Made by a program: the position numbers and the translations under genes. From Bacteroidota bacterium (lineage in GTDB: Bacteria; Bacteroidota; Bacteroidia; Bacteroidales; VadinHA17): DNA of 64,000 bases. Below, one piece after another: positions 1-8,835 of this stretch. The stretch spans positions 1,988 through 65,987 of the forward strand of contig JANXXP010000273.1 of assembly GCA_025350595.1 (NCBI GenBank), given 5' to 3'. Each line of letters starts with the position of its first letter. The first letter of the stretch is position 1. The notes beneath the pieces are model-generated. The model did not search any database and was not told the origin of the DNA. It was given only the letters and a program-made list of their open reading frames with translations.

Positions 1-834
1 AAGAATGATAAGGCAGCTATATGGGAAGAAAGTGCAACAAAAGCAATGGAATGGGCTGAAGTTGAATATCAGAAATGGATGGCCAGCCCCGACTATGCAA
101 AAGTTACGAATCGTGCAAAAAACACAGTACCTGTTGAACGTAATCTTGCCGCAGTTGAGCTTTATCGTTTAACTAAGAATAAGAAATGGCATCAGGTTTT
201 CCTTGCCACAATTAAAGATTGTCGTACAGATGCTGAGTTTGTCTATGCAAGACTTGATAAGTCGATGGTAGATAAGAAAGTACAGAAGGCTGTTGTTGAT
301 AGCCTGATGTCTGAGGCAAACCGATTGGTAAAACTATCGGAAAACAATGCTTTTGGACTTACAACCGGAACAGCAGGAAGAGCCATAACCGGATATTCAG
401 CCACCTACACAATTCCGGCATCGACAACTCTGGCTCGAGCCCACTATCTCTCAGGTGACTCAAAGTATTTGAAAACAATCCTCCGGTCTGCTCTCTATTC
501 TGCAGGAGCAAATCCTATGAACATGTGTATGACAACCGGACTGGGTGAAAACCCTGTCAAAAATGCGCTGCATGAAGATACAAAACACACCGGACGGCCT
601 GCTCCTCTTGGGATTACAGTATTTGGTCCCTGCGAAATACCCAGCAGCGATGCAAGGGCAGGTTCAGAGCTCGAGAAAAGACTTAACACAACATGTGCTC
701 CGGGAGTTGCGAACTGGCCTTCTGCAGAAGCATATTTTGATGTGTTCTGGTTTGTGTCACAGAATGAGTATGTTATAGACCGCCCGCTTGGTCAAACAGG
801 ATATATATGGGGTTACCTTGCATCTCGTAAATAA
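1..834 (+). CDS. C-terminal part of an (alpha/alpha)6-barrel glycoside hydrolase, GH9-like (5' end lies outside the window)
   Basis: Frame 1 is open from nt 1 (KNDKAAIWEE...), so the ATG at 46 is probably internal. The block 'MTTGLGENPVKNALHEDTKH' resembles the C-terminal GH9 block (SYVvGfGxNPpxxpHHR type) and the C-terminus of the GH9 gene at 1824-4151. Assigned by eye only. Confidence 0.4.
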   Translation, partial: KNDKAAIWEESATKAMEWAEVEYQKWMASPDYAKVTNRAKNTVPVERNLAAVELYRLTKNKKWHQVFLATIKDCRTDAEFVYARLDKSMVDKKVQKAVVDSLMSEANRLVKLSENNAFGLTTGTAGRAITGYSATYTIPASTTLARAHYLSGDSKYLKTILRSALYSAGANPMNMCMTTGLGENPVKNALHEDTKHTGRPAPLGITVFGPCEIPSSDARAGSELEKRLNTTCAPGVANWPSAEAYFDVFWFVSQNEYVIDRPLGQTGYIWGYLASRK

Positions 835-887
835 TAATATACAAGACCATTTCCCGATTTCCAAAAAAGGAATAGATTGATATTCAG

Positions 888-945
888 CTCCTTCCCCCCT
901 GGGGAATGCCTGCCCCGCTTCGGCGGGGGTCGGGAAGGGGGTTTT
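888..945 (+). terminator. GC-rich nested hairpin followed by a short T-run; probable intrinsic terminator or REP-like element
   Basis: The inner stem CCCCGC (913-918) pairs with GCGGGG (923-928) around a TTCG loop. The outer stem CCTTCCC (890-896) pairs with GGGAAGG (932-938). The structure is followed by GGGTTTT and lies 50 nt after the stop at 834. Its 26-nt core recurs at 31373-31398. Confidence 0.45.
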
Positions 946-1000
946 AAGAAAAAAAAATATATTCAACATTGCCGCTAGTCATTAAACAGAATTTATTATT

Positions 1001-1798
1001 ATGAAAAAAATATTGCTTCTTTTAATAATATGCTTTCCAATGTTGGCTAAAAGCCAGCCAAAGCCGGAGAGTACCAATTCACAGAAAAAAACACTAATCT
1101 GGTCTGATGAGTTTGATAAGAATGGACTTCCCGATACAACAAAATGGAATTTCGAACTGGGAAAAGCGAGAGCTAATAATGAGCCTCAGTATCATACCAA
1201 AGATCTTAAAAACGTCAGGGTAGAGAATGGAAAACTTATCATCACTTCCCGCTTAGATCTTATTGATACTGTAAAGAAGTATACCTCTGCAAGGATTAAC
1301 ACCAAAGGAAAATTCCAATTCACTTATGGCCGGGTTGAAGTAAGGGCAAAACTTCCACAGGGAAGAGGTGTTTGGCCGGCGATATGGACCCTTGGAGTTA
1401 CAGGCAGATGGCCGGCATGTGGTGAAATAGATATAATGGAATATTGGGGCCACGATCCCAATACGGTTGCTTCAAATGTCCATACCCGCGACTACAACCA
1501 TACTAAAGGCACAGGCCGTGGCGGAAAAATAACTTATGAAAAACCTTTCGCTGATTTTCATATTTATGCTCTGGAATGGTACAAGGACAGGATGAATTTC
1601 TATATGGATGACAAAATGTTTTATTCCTGCAAGTCGAAAGGAGAAGGAATTGGCGAATGGCCCTTTGATGCCCCTCAATACCTGATACTTAATCAGGCAA
1701 TCTCGAATAACTGGAAACCAGGACAACCAGGAATTGATGATTCGATATTTCCGCAGGAATTCATTATAGACTATGTAAGAGTCTATGAAATAAAATAA
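1001..1798 (+). CDS. GH16 beta-glucanase (laminarinase/lichenase type), secreted
   Basis: It has a signal peptide (MKKILLLLIICFPMLAKSQ) and the GH16 catalytic motif ExDxxE in 'ACGEIDIMEYWG'. 'GRGVWPAIWTLG' is the typical GH16 block. Confidence 0.9.
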   Translation: MKKILLLLIICFPMLAKSQPKPESTNSQKKTLIWSDEFDKNGLPDTTKWNFELGKARANNEPQYHTKDLKNVRVENGKLIITSRLDLIDTVKKYTSARINTKGKFQFTYGRVEVRAKLPQGRGVWPAIWTLGVTGRWPACGEIDIMEYWGHDPNTVASNVHTRDYNHTKGTGRGGKITYEKPFADFHIYALEWYKDRMNFYMDDKMFYSCKSKGEGIGEWPFDAPQYLILNQAISNNWKPGQPGIDDSIFPQEFIIDYVRVYEIK

Positions 1799-1823
1799 CT
1801 CCAAACAACCTAACCACGAAATC

Positions 1824-4151
1824 ATGAAAAAATTATTTTTCTCATCAGTTGTTCTTGTCCTTTTCGTTGCTTTTGTTGCGATAAAAACAAAAGAAACGGA
1901 TTTCGGAGCTTATCTTTACAAGCATGTGCCAATGCCAATGGATACTACTAACAGCCTGCAGTATAAATGGGATAATAAAGAGATTCTCGAATCTACTCTT
2001 GTCGATGGAATGGAAACACTTGATAACTGGGAACTGACTTACGGTACTAAGGAAAATGTTGCAAAAATAAGCCTCTCAACTGAAAAAGTTTTTGAAGGAA
2101 AGTCCTCAATAAAGTTTAAATCGCCTACAAATCAGCATGTTCAACAACCTAATGGCGGCCGTTATTGGGGAAGAGAGAATCTGACACGTAAATTCAACAA
2201 ACAGAACTTCTCAAAATACAACAGGATTTCGTTCGAAATCTACCCTGATTTTAAGGGTTTCAGACAATTGTATCTAACTATTCTCCTGTTTAACGAAGGT
2301 AATGTTCCTGATCAGTACAACAAAGAGGGATGGCATACTGTGATGCTTAAAAATAATCAATGGAACAAGGTAGTTATGGAAATACCTCATCTTCCACATG
2401 ATAAGGTAACCGGAATAGGTATAAGTTACGGGCTCCAGGGAAATGAAGTCGATGCCGCTGATACCATCGTTTATTATGCTGACAATCTGAGACTGGAATC
2501 AGTAAAAGCAGACTATTTTGAAGGATGGAATACTGATGATGAAATTTCTTTTACCCATTCAGGATATAACAGTAGTGACAAAAAAACAGCATTTACCTCT
2601 TCTCTGGTTACAGGACAAAAATTCAAATTAGTTGATCTTGCAACAAATAAGAGTGTTCTGGAAAAAGATCCGCTGATCAATAACAGTAACATCGGAGCTT
2701 TCAGGGTTTTTGACTTTTCAGAAATTACGAATCCAGGTTCATATAAAATTGTTTACGGCGATAAGGAGTCAAAACCTTTTCCGATAAATAAGGATATCTG
2801 GGTACCGGTGATTGAAAAGATAACCAACTATTTTTTCGTCAATCGTTGTGGATATGCAATACCGGGAATACGTTCAATATGCCATGGCGACTGGTATACA
2901 GTATATAAGGGCGATACAATTGTTATGGCAGGAGGATGGCACGATGCAGGCGATTTATCGCAGTCATCATGGCAGACAGCTGATGCAACCGCTATATTCT
3001 TCAGACTTGCCAGAAAGTATCAGGCAACAAATGAGAAATTATCCGCCCGTTTGATCGAGGAAGCAATGTGGGGATTGGAGTGGGTTCAGAAAAATCATTT
3101 TGACGGACTGCAAAAGTTCGGATTTGTAACACACGATCATTATTCGGACGGTAAAATCGGTAATTTCGATGATACCCCAACCCAGCCTTCAACAAGAATA
3201 AATGCACTCGATAACTATTATGCAATCCTTGCTAATGCAGAAGCTGCACTGACATTGAAAAAGATAAATCCCGTATTAGCAGAAAAGTCGAAACAAATTG
3301 CGGTCGGTGACTGGAATCTTTTGCTCAAAGAAGTTGGCAGATGGAACACTGAAAGGTATTCGATGGCAATAATGACAGGTTCCAGATTATTTGAGGTAAC
3401 AGGTAATAACGACATTAAAGCCCAGATAATAGGATATGCCGATTCAATAATTACATACCAGCAGACAGTACCAATGAAGTGGAGAATTCCTCTCAATGGC
3501 TTCTTTTATATGAATAAGGGAAGTGAAGATGTTTTTGGCTATCAGCACAGTGTAACTGTTGCATCACCAATTACAGGATTGGTGGCATTATGCAAACTAT
3601 TTCCCAAAGACGAGAAGTATCCAAAATGGTTAAATTCCGTAAAACTTCAGGGAAATTATATCAAAACAATATCTCAGCTCACTGCACCTTATTATATGAT
3701 TCCTGCAAACGTTTATAGGCTTGGTACTGCTGAAGATGCACAGGTAAGACAAGGTGTTAAAATGGATGATAATCACTACCTGAGAATGTTTCCGGTATGG
3801 CAGGCTTTCAGAGGGAATGCTTCTATCATGATGTCATCAGGAATCAGTCTTGCTGCAGCAAATCAGCTTTTGAAAGATCCTGAAATGAAGAGCATCTCTC
3901 AGGCACAACTTGAATGGACAGTTGGAAAAAATCCTTTCAGCGAGAGTCTGATGTTTGGTGAAGGATACAATTTCAGTCCTCAATATGCTGCTTTTACAGG
4001 CGATGTTGTTGGTGGACTTCCTGTTGGAATGTTAACGAATGCAGAACGTGATGTTCCATACTGGAAAACCTCTGTATTACATAATTACAAGGAAATATGG
4101 GGACAACCAGGATTCCATTTCTTAGAATTATTGGATTACATATATAATTAA
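1824..4151 (+). CDS. GH9 family glycoside hydrolase with an N-terminal accessory (Ig/CBM-like) region
   Basis: The GH9 signature 'GGWHDAGD' occurs in 'IVMAGGWHDAGDLSQSS'. An N-terminal hydrophobic leader is present. The 775-aa length fits an (alpha/alpha)6 catalytic domain preceded by about 330 aa of accessory domains. Confidence 0.8.
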   Translation: MKKLFFSSVVLVLFVAFVAIKTKETDFGAYLYKHVPMPMDTTNSLQYKWDNKEILESTLVDGMETLDNWELTYGTKENVAKISLSTEKVFEGKSSIKFKSPTNQHVQQPNGGRYWGRENLTRKFNKQNFSKYNRISFEIYPDFKGFRQLYLTILLFNEGNVPDQYNKEGWHTVMLKNNQWNKVVMEIPHLPHDKVTGIGISYGLQGNEVDAADTIVYYADNLRLESVKADYFEGWNTDDEISFTHSGYNSSDKKTAFTSSLVTGQKFKLVDLATNKSVLEKDPLINNSNIGAFRVFDFSEITNPGSYKIVYGDKESKPFPINKDIWVPVIEKITNYFFVNRCGYAIPGIRSICHGDWYTVYKGDTIVMAGGWHDAGDLSQSSWQTADATAIFFRLARKYQATNEKLSARLIEEAMWGLEWVQKNHFDGLQKFGFVTHDHYSDGKIGNFDDTPTQPSTRINALDNYYAILANAEAALTLKKINPVLAEKSKQIAVGDWNLLLKEVGRWNTERYSMAIMTGSRLFEVTGNNDIKAQIIGYADSIITYQQTVPMKWRIPLNGFFYMNKGSEDVFGYQHSVTVASPITGLVALCKLFPKDEKYPKWLNSVKLQGNYIKTISQLTAPYYMIPANVYRLGTAEDAQVRQGVKMDDNHYLRMFPVWQAFRGNASIMMSSGISLAAANQLLKDPEMKSISQAQLEWTVGKNPFSESLMFGEGYNFSPQYAAFTGDVVGGLPVGMLTNAERDVPYWKTSVLHNYKEIWGQPGFHFLELLDYIYN

Positions 4152-4163
4152 AATGTAAAAACA

Positions 4164-5525
4164 ATGAAAAATCAATTAAACAATAGCAGGCGTAATGCTC
4201 TCAAAATGATGGGACTTGGCTCTGCAGCTTTATTGGCCGGAGGTTTCCGGAATACTATTTCAGCACAAACACCTGTCCAGAACAATCTGCAGAAACCACC
4301 TGTTGGATTGCCTCCGCTAAAGATTAAAAGCGTTAAAGCCATAGGTACAAAACCAGGAGGATCGAATCTGATTGTAGTAAAAGTAGAAACTTCTGAACCC
4401 GGATTATATGGATTAGGCTGCGCAACATTTACCCAGCGTGCAGAGGCTGTTGTTACAGCTATAAATAGTTATATGCCCGATTTTTGCGTTGGACGCGATG
4501 CCGATAATATAGAGGATATGTGGCAGGCTTTTCATGTTAGTTCATACTGGAGAAACGGGCCGGTATTAAACAATGCTTTAAGTGGACTTGACCAGGCTTT
4601 GTGGGATATTAAGGGCAAACGTGCAAATATGCCTGTTTACCAACTGCTGGGCGGCAAATGCCGTTTCGCTGTCGATTCATATGCAAGTGCAGGAGGCAAC
4701 ACTCCTGAGGAAGTTGCAGATGGAGTACAGAGATATATGGAACAGGGCTATCGTCATGTCAGACTTCAGCAGGGAGGCTACGGGGCACTGAATCTGGCAA
4801 CTAAACCCGACTTTAAAGATGCAGGATTTGGTATGCCAAAAGATAGTTTTATGGATGATCAGGCCTATCTGAGATCAGTACCTAAAATGTTCGACGTTGT
4901 AAGAAAAAAATGTGGCGAGGAGATTGAACTTTGTCACGATATTCATGAGAGATGTCAGCCAATGGATGTGATTAATATGTGCCGACAACTTGAACAATAC
5001 CGACCATTTTTCATCGAAGATCCGGTATCTCCTGAAAACATGAACTGGTTTGAACAGATCCGCTCCAGTACAACTGTCCCCTTCGCAATGGGTGAATTAT
5101 TCAACAATATAAATGAATTTGCCGGACCAATTTCAAAGCATCTTTTTGATTATATCCGAATTCATGTTTCACAAATCGGAGGGATAACTCCTGCCATGAA
5201 GGTGGCAAGGTTAGGTGAATGGTTTAATGTGAAAACAGTATGGCATGGACCCGGAGATGTCTCACCAGTTGGTCATGCTGCTCAGGCTCATATGGATCTG
5301 GCTTGCTGGAATTTTGGAATTCAGGAAGGTCCGGGGAATTTTTCAGACAGAATCCGTGAAGTATTCCCGGGAAGCCCGACTATGAAGAATGGCTATGTTT
5401 ATGTGAATGAGGTGCCCGGATTGGGAGTAGACATCAACGAAAAAGAGGCTGCCAAATATCCGATAACCAACAGTGCAGGAAACTGGACTGTGCGTAAACG
5501 TGACGGGACTATAATTACCCCTTAA
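4164..5525 (+). CDS. Enolase-superfamily dehydratase (mandelate racemase/muconate lactonizing family, mannonate/galactonate dehydratase-like) with a twin-arginine leader
   Basis: The Tat-type N-terminus is 'NNSRRNALKMMGLGSAALLAGG...AQ'. MR/MLE blocks are present: 'GLYGLGCATF', 'ALSGLDQALWDIKGK', 'LCHDIHE', 'FFIEDP' and 'AMGE'. Confidence 0.8.
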   Translation: MKNQLNNSRRNALKMMGLGSAALLAGGFRNTISAQTPVQNNLQKPPVGLPPLKIKSVKAIGTKPGGSNLIVVKVETSEPGLYGLGCATFTQRAEAVVTAINSYMPDFCVGRDADNIEDMWQAFHVSSYWRNGPVLNNALSGLDQALWDIKGKRANMPVYQLLGGKCRFAVDSYASAGGNTPEEVADGVQRYMEQGYRHVRLQQGGYGALNLATKPDFKDAGFGMPKDSFMDDQAYLRSVPKMFDVVRKKCGEEIELCHDIHERCQPMDVINMCRQLEQYRPFFIEDPVSPENMNWFEQIRSSTTVPFAMGELFNNINEFAGPISKHLFDYIRIHVSQIGGITPAMKVARLGEWFNVKTVWHGPGDVSPVGHAAQAHMDLACWNFGIQEGPGNFSDRIREVFPGSPTMKNGYVYVNEVPGLGVDINEKEAAKYPITNSAGNWTVRKRDGTIITP

Positions 5526-5551
5526 GATTTGATAATATTAATACTATAAAG

Positions 5552-6871
5552 ATGAAAAAGAATCATATAGCTGGCATAGCCGTAGCTTTAATGATAGCAT
5601 CAATGACCTCATGCTCACTTTTTAAAAAGAGTGATCCTTTAAATACTAGCGCAAAGGTTGAAATAAAATCTATCGACGGAAAATACCATTTTTACGTCAA
5701 CAAAAAACCTTTTGAAGCCAAAGGGGTAAATGGTTCAAGAAACCTGGCTATGTTGTATAAAGCAGGCGGAAATTCATTCCGTACTGGTGGTGGAAAAAAT
5801 GCAATACAGGCACTTGATTCTGCCAGAAAATACAACATGATGGTCGCTATGGGTTTATCTATGCGGCAGGAGTTGCAGAAGTTTGATTATAACGATACTG
5901 CTGCTGTAGGAAAGCAATTCAGGGAAATAAAAAAGGTGGTTGAGACCTACAAAAATCATCCTAACCTTTTATGCTGGCTTCCGGGTAATGAATTAAATCT
6001 TAGCCCTAACAGAGGAGTACCTGTCAATCCTAAAGTTTATGATGCATTGAAGGATGTAGTTGATTATATTCACATGACCGACCCTAATCATCCGGTATCA
6101 ACAACATTTGGCGGTGTTTCAAAAGATGCAATTAAGGTAGCTCTTGATCATTGTCCTGACCTCGATTTTATTTCTCTTCAGGTATACGGATCTCTGGGTA
6201 GAATAGCAGAAATGGTTAAGGCTGCAGAGATCACAAAGCCTTATGTCATTACTGAATTCGGAGCCGTCGGACATTGGGAAATGCCAAAGACTGAATGGGG
6301 CAGGGAGATTGAGGAACCTAGCGCCGCCAAGGCGACAGGACTTATGGCCAGAATACAAAAAGGGATAGTAGCAGATCAGTCAGGTTTATACCTGGGAGGT
6401 TACGCATTCTTATGGGGTCAGAAGCAGGAAAGAACTCCAACCTGGTATGGAATGTTTATTAAGTCGGGAGAAGCAACAGCTGCTGTTGACGAACTCACAA
6501 TGTACTGGTCAGGTAAATATCCTGAAAACAGAGCTCCTAAAGTTGATTCCTTGAAAATTGATGGCAAAAACGCTGTTGATAACATCTATCTGAAACCAGG
6601 AGCTAAAAGCCATGCTAAAGTATTCGCATCAAATCCTGAAAACAATCCTCTGAAATTTAAATGGGTAGTTCTGAAAGAGGTTGTGGAAAGAAGTCAGGGC
6701 GGCGCCAGGGAAATAGAGCCCGACAGTGTGCATATTGAAATTCTTTCAGATATAAATGGAGAATTGAAGTTTGTTTCTCCTGCTGTTAAAGGTGAATACA
6801 GATTGTTCTCATATGTCTTTGATGGTAAAAATAAGGTGGGTACAGCTAATGTTCCTTTTTATGTTAAATAG
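5552..6871 (+). CDS. Clan GH-A (TIM-barrel, GH2/GH5-like) glycosidase lipoprotein with a C-terminal beta-sandwich
   Basis: The lipoprotein leader ends in 'MTSC'. 'WLPGNELN' supplies a candidate acid/base NE and 'VITEFGA' a candidate nucleophile E, with spacing typical of clan GH-A. The exact family is not resolvable by eye. Confidence 0.55.
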   Translation: MKKNHIAGIAVALMIASMTSCSLFKKSDPLNTSAKVEIKSIDGKYHFYVNKKPFEAKGVNGSRNLAMLYKAGGNSFRTGGGKNAIQALDSARKYNMMVAMGLSMRQELQKFDYNDTAAVGKQFREIKKVVETYKNHPNLLCWLPGNELNLSPNRGVPVNPKVYDALKDVVDYIHMTDPNHPVSTTFGGVSKDAIKVALDHCPDLDFISLQVYGSLGRIAEMVKAAEITKPYVITEFGAVGHWEMPKTEWGREIEEPSAAKATGLMARIQKGIVADQSGLYLGGYAFLWGQKQERTPTWYGMFIKSGEATAAVDELTMYWSGKYPENRAPKVDSLKIDGKNAVDNIYLKPGAKSHAKVFASNPENNPLKFKWVVLKEVVERSQGGAREIEPDSVHIEILSDINGELKFVSPAVKGEYRLFSYVFDGKNKVGTANVPFYVK

Positions 6872-6877
6872 TCGGAT

Positions 6878-8818
6878 ATGAAAAAATATAGAATCCCATT
6901 CCTGTTGATCCTTTTTACTATTTGTATAGCTTTGATTAATTTCGGCTGTGCCCAAAAAACTGTAAAAATCAAATTTGATAGCACTAAAGAGGTGTCCGGA
7001 GCTAAATTTGCCATCAAAGATATTTCCCCTGGCCTTCCAAGAGACTGGGATATATACAATTATGTCGTACTTGAGTTTAAGTCATCAACTCCTCAACGAT
7101 TTCAGGTTGGATTTACCACTGAAACAGGTTATAATGAACTGAGGGTTATGAGTTACACAGCAAATGGATGGAATAAGCTTGCTATCCCCCTTAGGTTCTA
7201 CAGGGCTTTGCCTGATGCTAACAGGGATCTTGCTGCGACTTTCAACCAGCCTCGTTATACAGGCTGGATAAATCTTGGCGGAAAACGCGGCCCTCTAAGA
7301 GGTGTCGATTCAATTGGCATCAGAATGATGGTTCCTATTAATGATCCAAGTATAGAACTTCGTTCGGTAAGTCTTTCTGTCGAGGACCCTGGAGATCTAT
7401 ACATGGAGGCAACTCCACTGGTTGACGAGTTTGGACAATGGAATCTTGGCAGCTGGGATGGAAAGGTTAATACATTGGAACAACTTACCGGAGAATGGAA
7501 GAAAGAAGATGCAGAGATTATTTCGACGAAGGACTATAATTATTCTAAATTTGGCGGATATCTAAATACTAAGACTAAAAGCACCGGATTTTTCAGAACT
7601 GAGAAAATTAACGGACGCTGGTGGTTCATCGATCCTGAAGGATATCTCTTCCTCTCAGTTGGCGTTGACTGTGTTAGTCCGGGCGGCGGAGGTAACGCAG
7701 TTAATATTGACAAACGAAGGAATCTTTTTAAAGTGCTTCCACCTGAAAATTTTGGTTTTAATCCTGCCAGACCAAATTCAGCAAATTTCGGTACCTGGAA
7801 TCTGTATCGCAGATATGGAGAAGATTATCAGGTTAAATCGAGGGAGAATGTTATTAACCGTATGGATAAGTGGGGACTTAACACTATAGCCAACTGGTCA
7901 AGTGCAGATGTTATTAAGCTTAATAAGAAGGCTTTCATGATACAAATCCGGACAATTGGAGGAGATGCCGGTGTTATGGGTTTGACAGATGTTTATGCTC
8001 CCGATTTTTCTGCAAGAATGGATGCAGCATGCAAAACAGCTGTTGAGCAATACAAAGATAATCAATGGCTTATTGGCTATTTTCTGGGTAATGAGCCATC
8101 ATGGGTGGACCAGGAACCAAGGCTTTGCGATATTATTCTGGCGATGAAAGAGGATAAGCCACTTAAGAAGGAACTGCAAAAGTTCCTTGCAGCCGGGGAT
8201 ACTCCTGAGCGCAGAAAAGAATTCATCTTCAATACATTCAGGATTTTTATTGAATCAGTTAACAAATCAATAAAGCACTATGATCCTAATCACTTAAACC
8301 TTGGAATGCGGTTTGGTCATATACCCGGAGATGAAATATTGGCTATATGTAAAAGTATGTTTGATGTATTCAGTTTCAACTCGTATGATCTGAGTCCTAA
8401 CGAAGAATTAATGAATAAAATATCAACCAAAATAGATCTTCCGATGATAATTGGTGAATATCATTTTGGTACAGTCGACAGAGGTATGGCTCAATCATTA
8501 TGGCAAGTGAATTCGCAGCAGGAACGGGGGGTTGCATACAGATATTACACTGAAAGAGCATTTTCACACCCTGGTCTCATCGGCGCTGCATATTTCCAGT
8601 GGTCCGACCAGGATCTTACCGGTCGTGGCAACGATGGGGAAAACTACAATTGCGGACTGGTTGATGTAACTGACAGACCGTATAAATTTCAGGTTGAAGC
8701 CATGATGGAAACTGCTAAAAATGCATATAAAATACATCTTGGCGAAACCAAACCTTACAACCAGATGCCGGTTAAGGCACGTAGTCACCGTGCAATTCCT
8801 GATTTATGGAACAAGTAA
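6878..8818 (+). CDS. Putative clan GH-A glycoside hydrolase, lipoprotein, with an N-terminal beta-sandwich domain
   Basis: The leader ends in 'NFGC'. 'YFLGNEPSW' and 'IIGEYHFG' fit the NEP acid/base and E nucleophile pattern of a (beta/alpha)8 glycosidase. Family unknown. Confidence 0.45.
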   Translation: MKKYRIPFLLILFTICIALINFGCAQKTVKIKFDSTKEVSGAKFAIKDISPGLPRDWDIYNYVVLEFKSSTPQRFQVGFTTETGYNELRVMSYTANGWNKLAIPLRFYRALPDANRDLAATFNQPRYTGWINLGGKRGPLRGVDSIGIRMMVPINDPSIELRSVSLSVEDPGDLYMEATPLVDEFGQWNLGSWDGKVNTLEQLTGEWKKEDAEIISTKDYNYSKFGGYLNTKTKSTGFFRTEKINGRWWFIDPEGYLFLSVGVDCVSPGGGGNAVNIDKRRNLFKVLPPENFGFNPARPNSANFGTWNLYRRYGEDYQVKSRENVINRMDKWGLNTIANWSSADVIKLNKKAFMIQIRTIGGDAGVMGLTDVYAPDFSARMDAACKTAVEQYKDNQWLIGYFLGNEPSWVDQEPRLCDIILAMKEDKPLKKELQKFLAAGDTPERRKEFIFNTFRIFIESVNKSIKHYDPNHLNLGMRFGHIPGDEILAICKSMFDVFSFNSYDLSPNEELMNKISTKIDLPMIIGEYHFGTVDRGMAQSLWQVNSQQERGVAYRYYTERAFSHPGLIGAAYFQWSDQDLTGRGNDGENYNCGLVDVTDRPYKFQVEAMMETAKNAYKIHLGETKPYNQMPVKARSHRAIPDLWNK

Positions 8819-8835
8819 CTAATATTTGAAAGTCC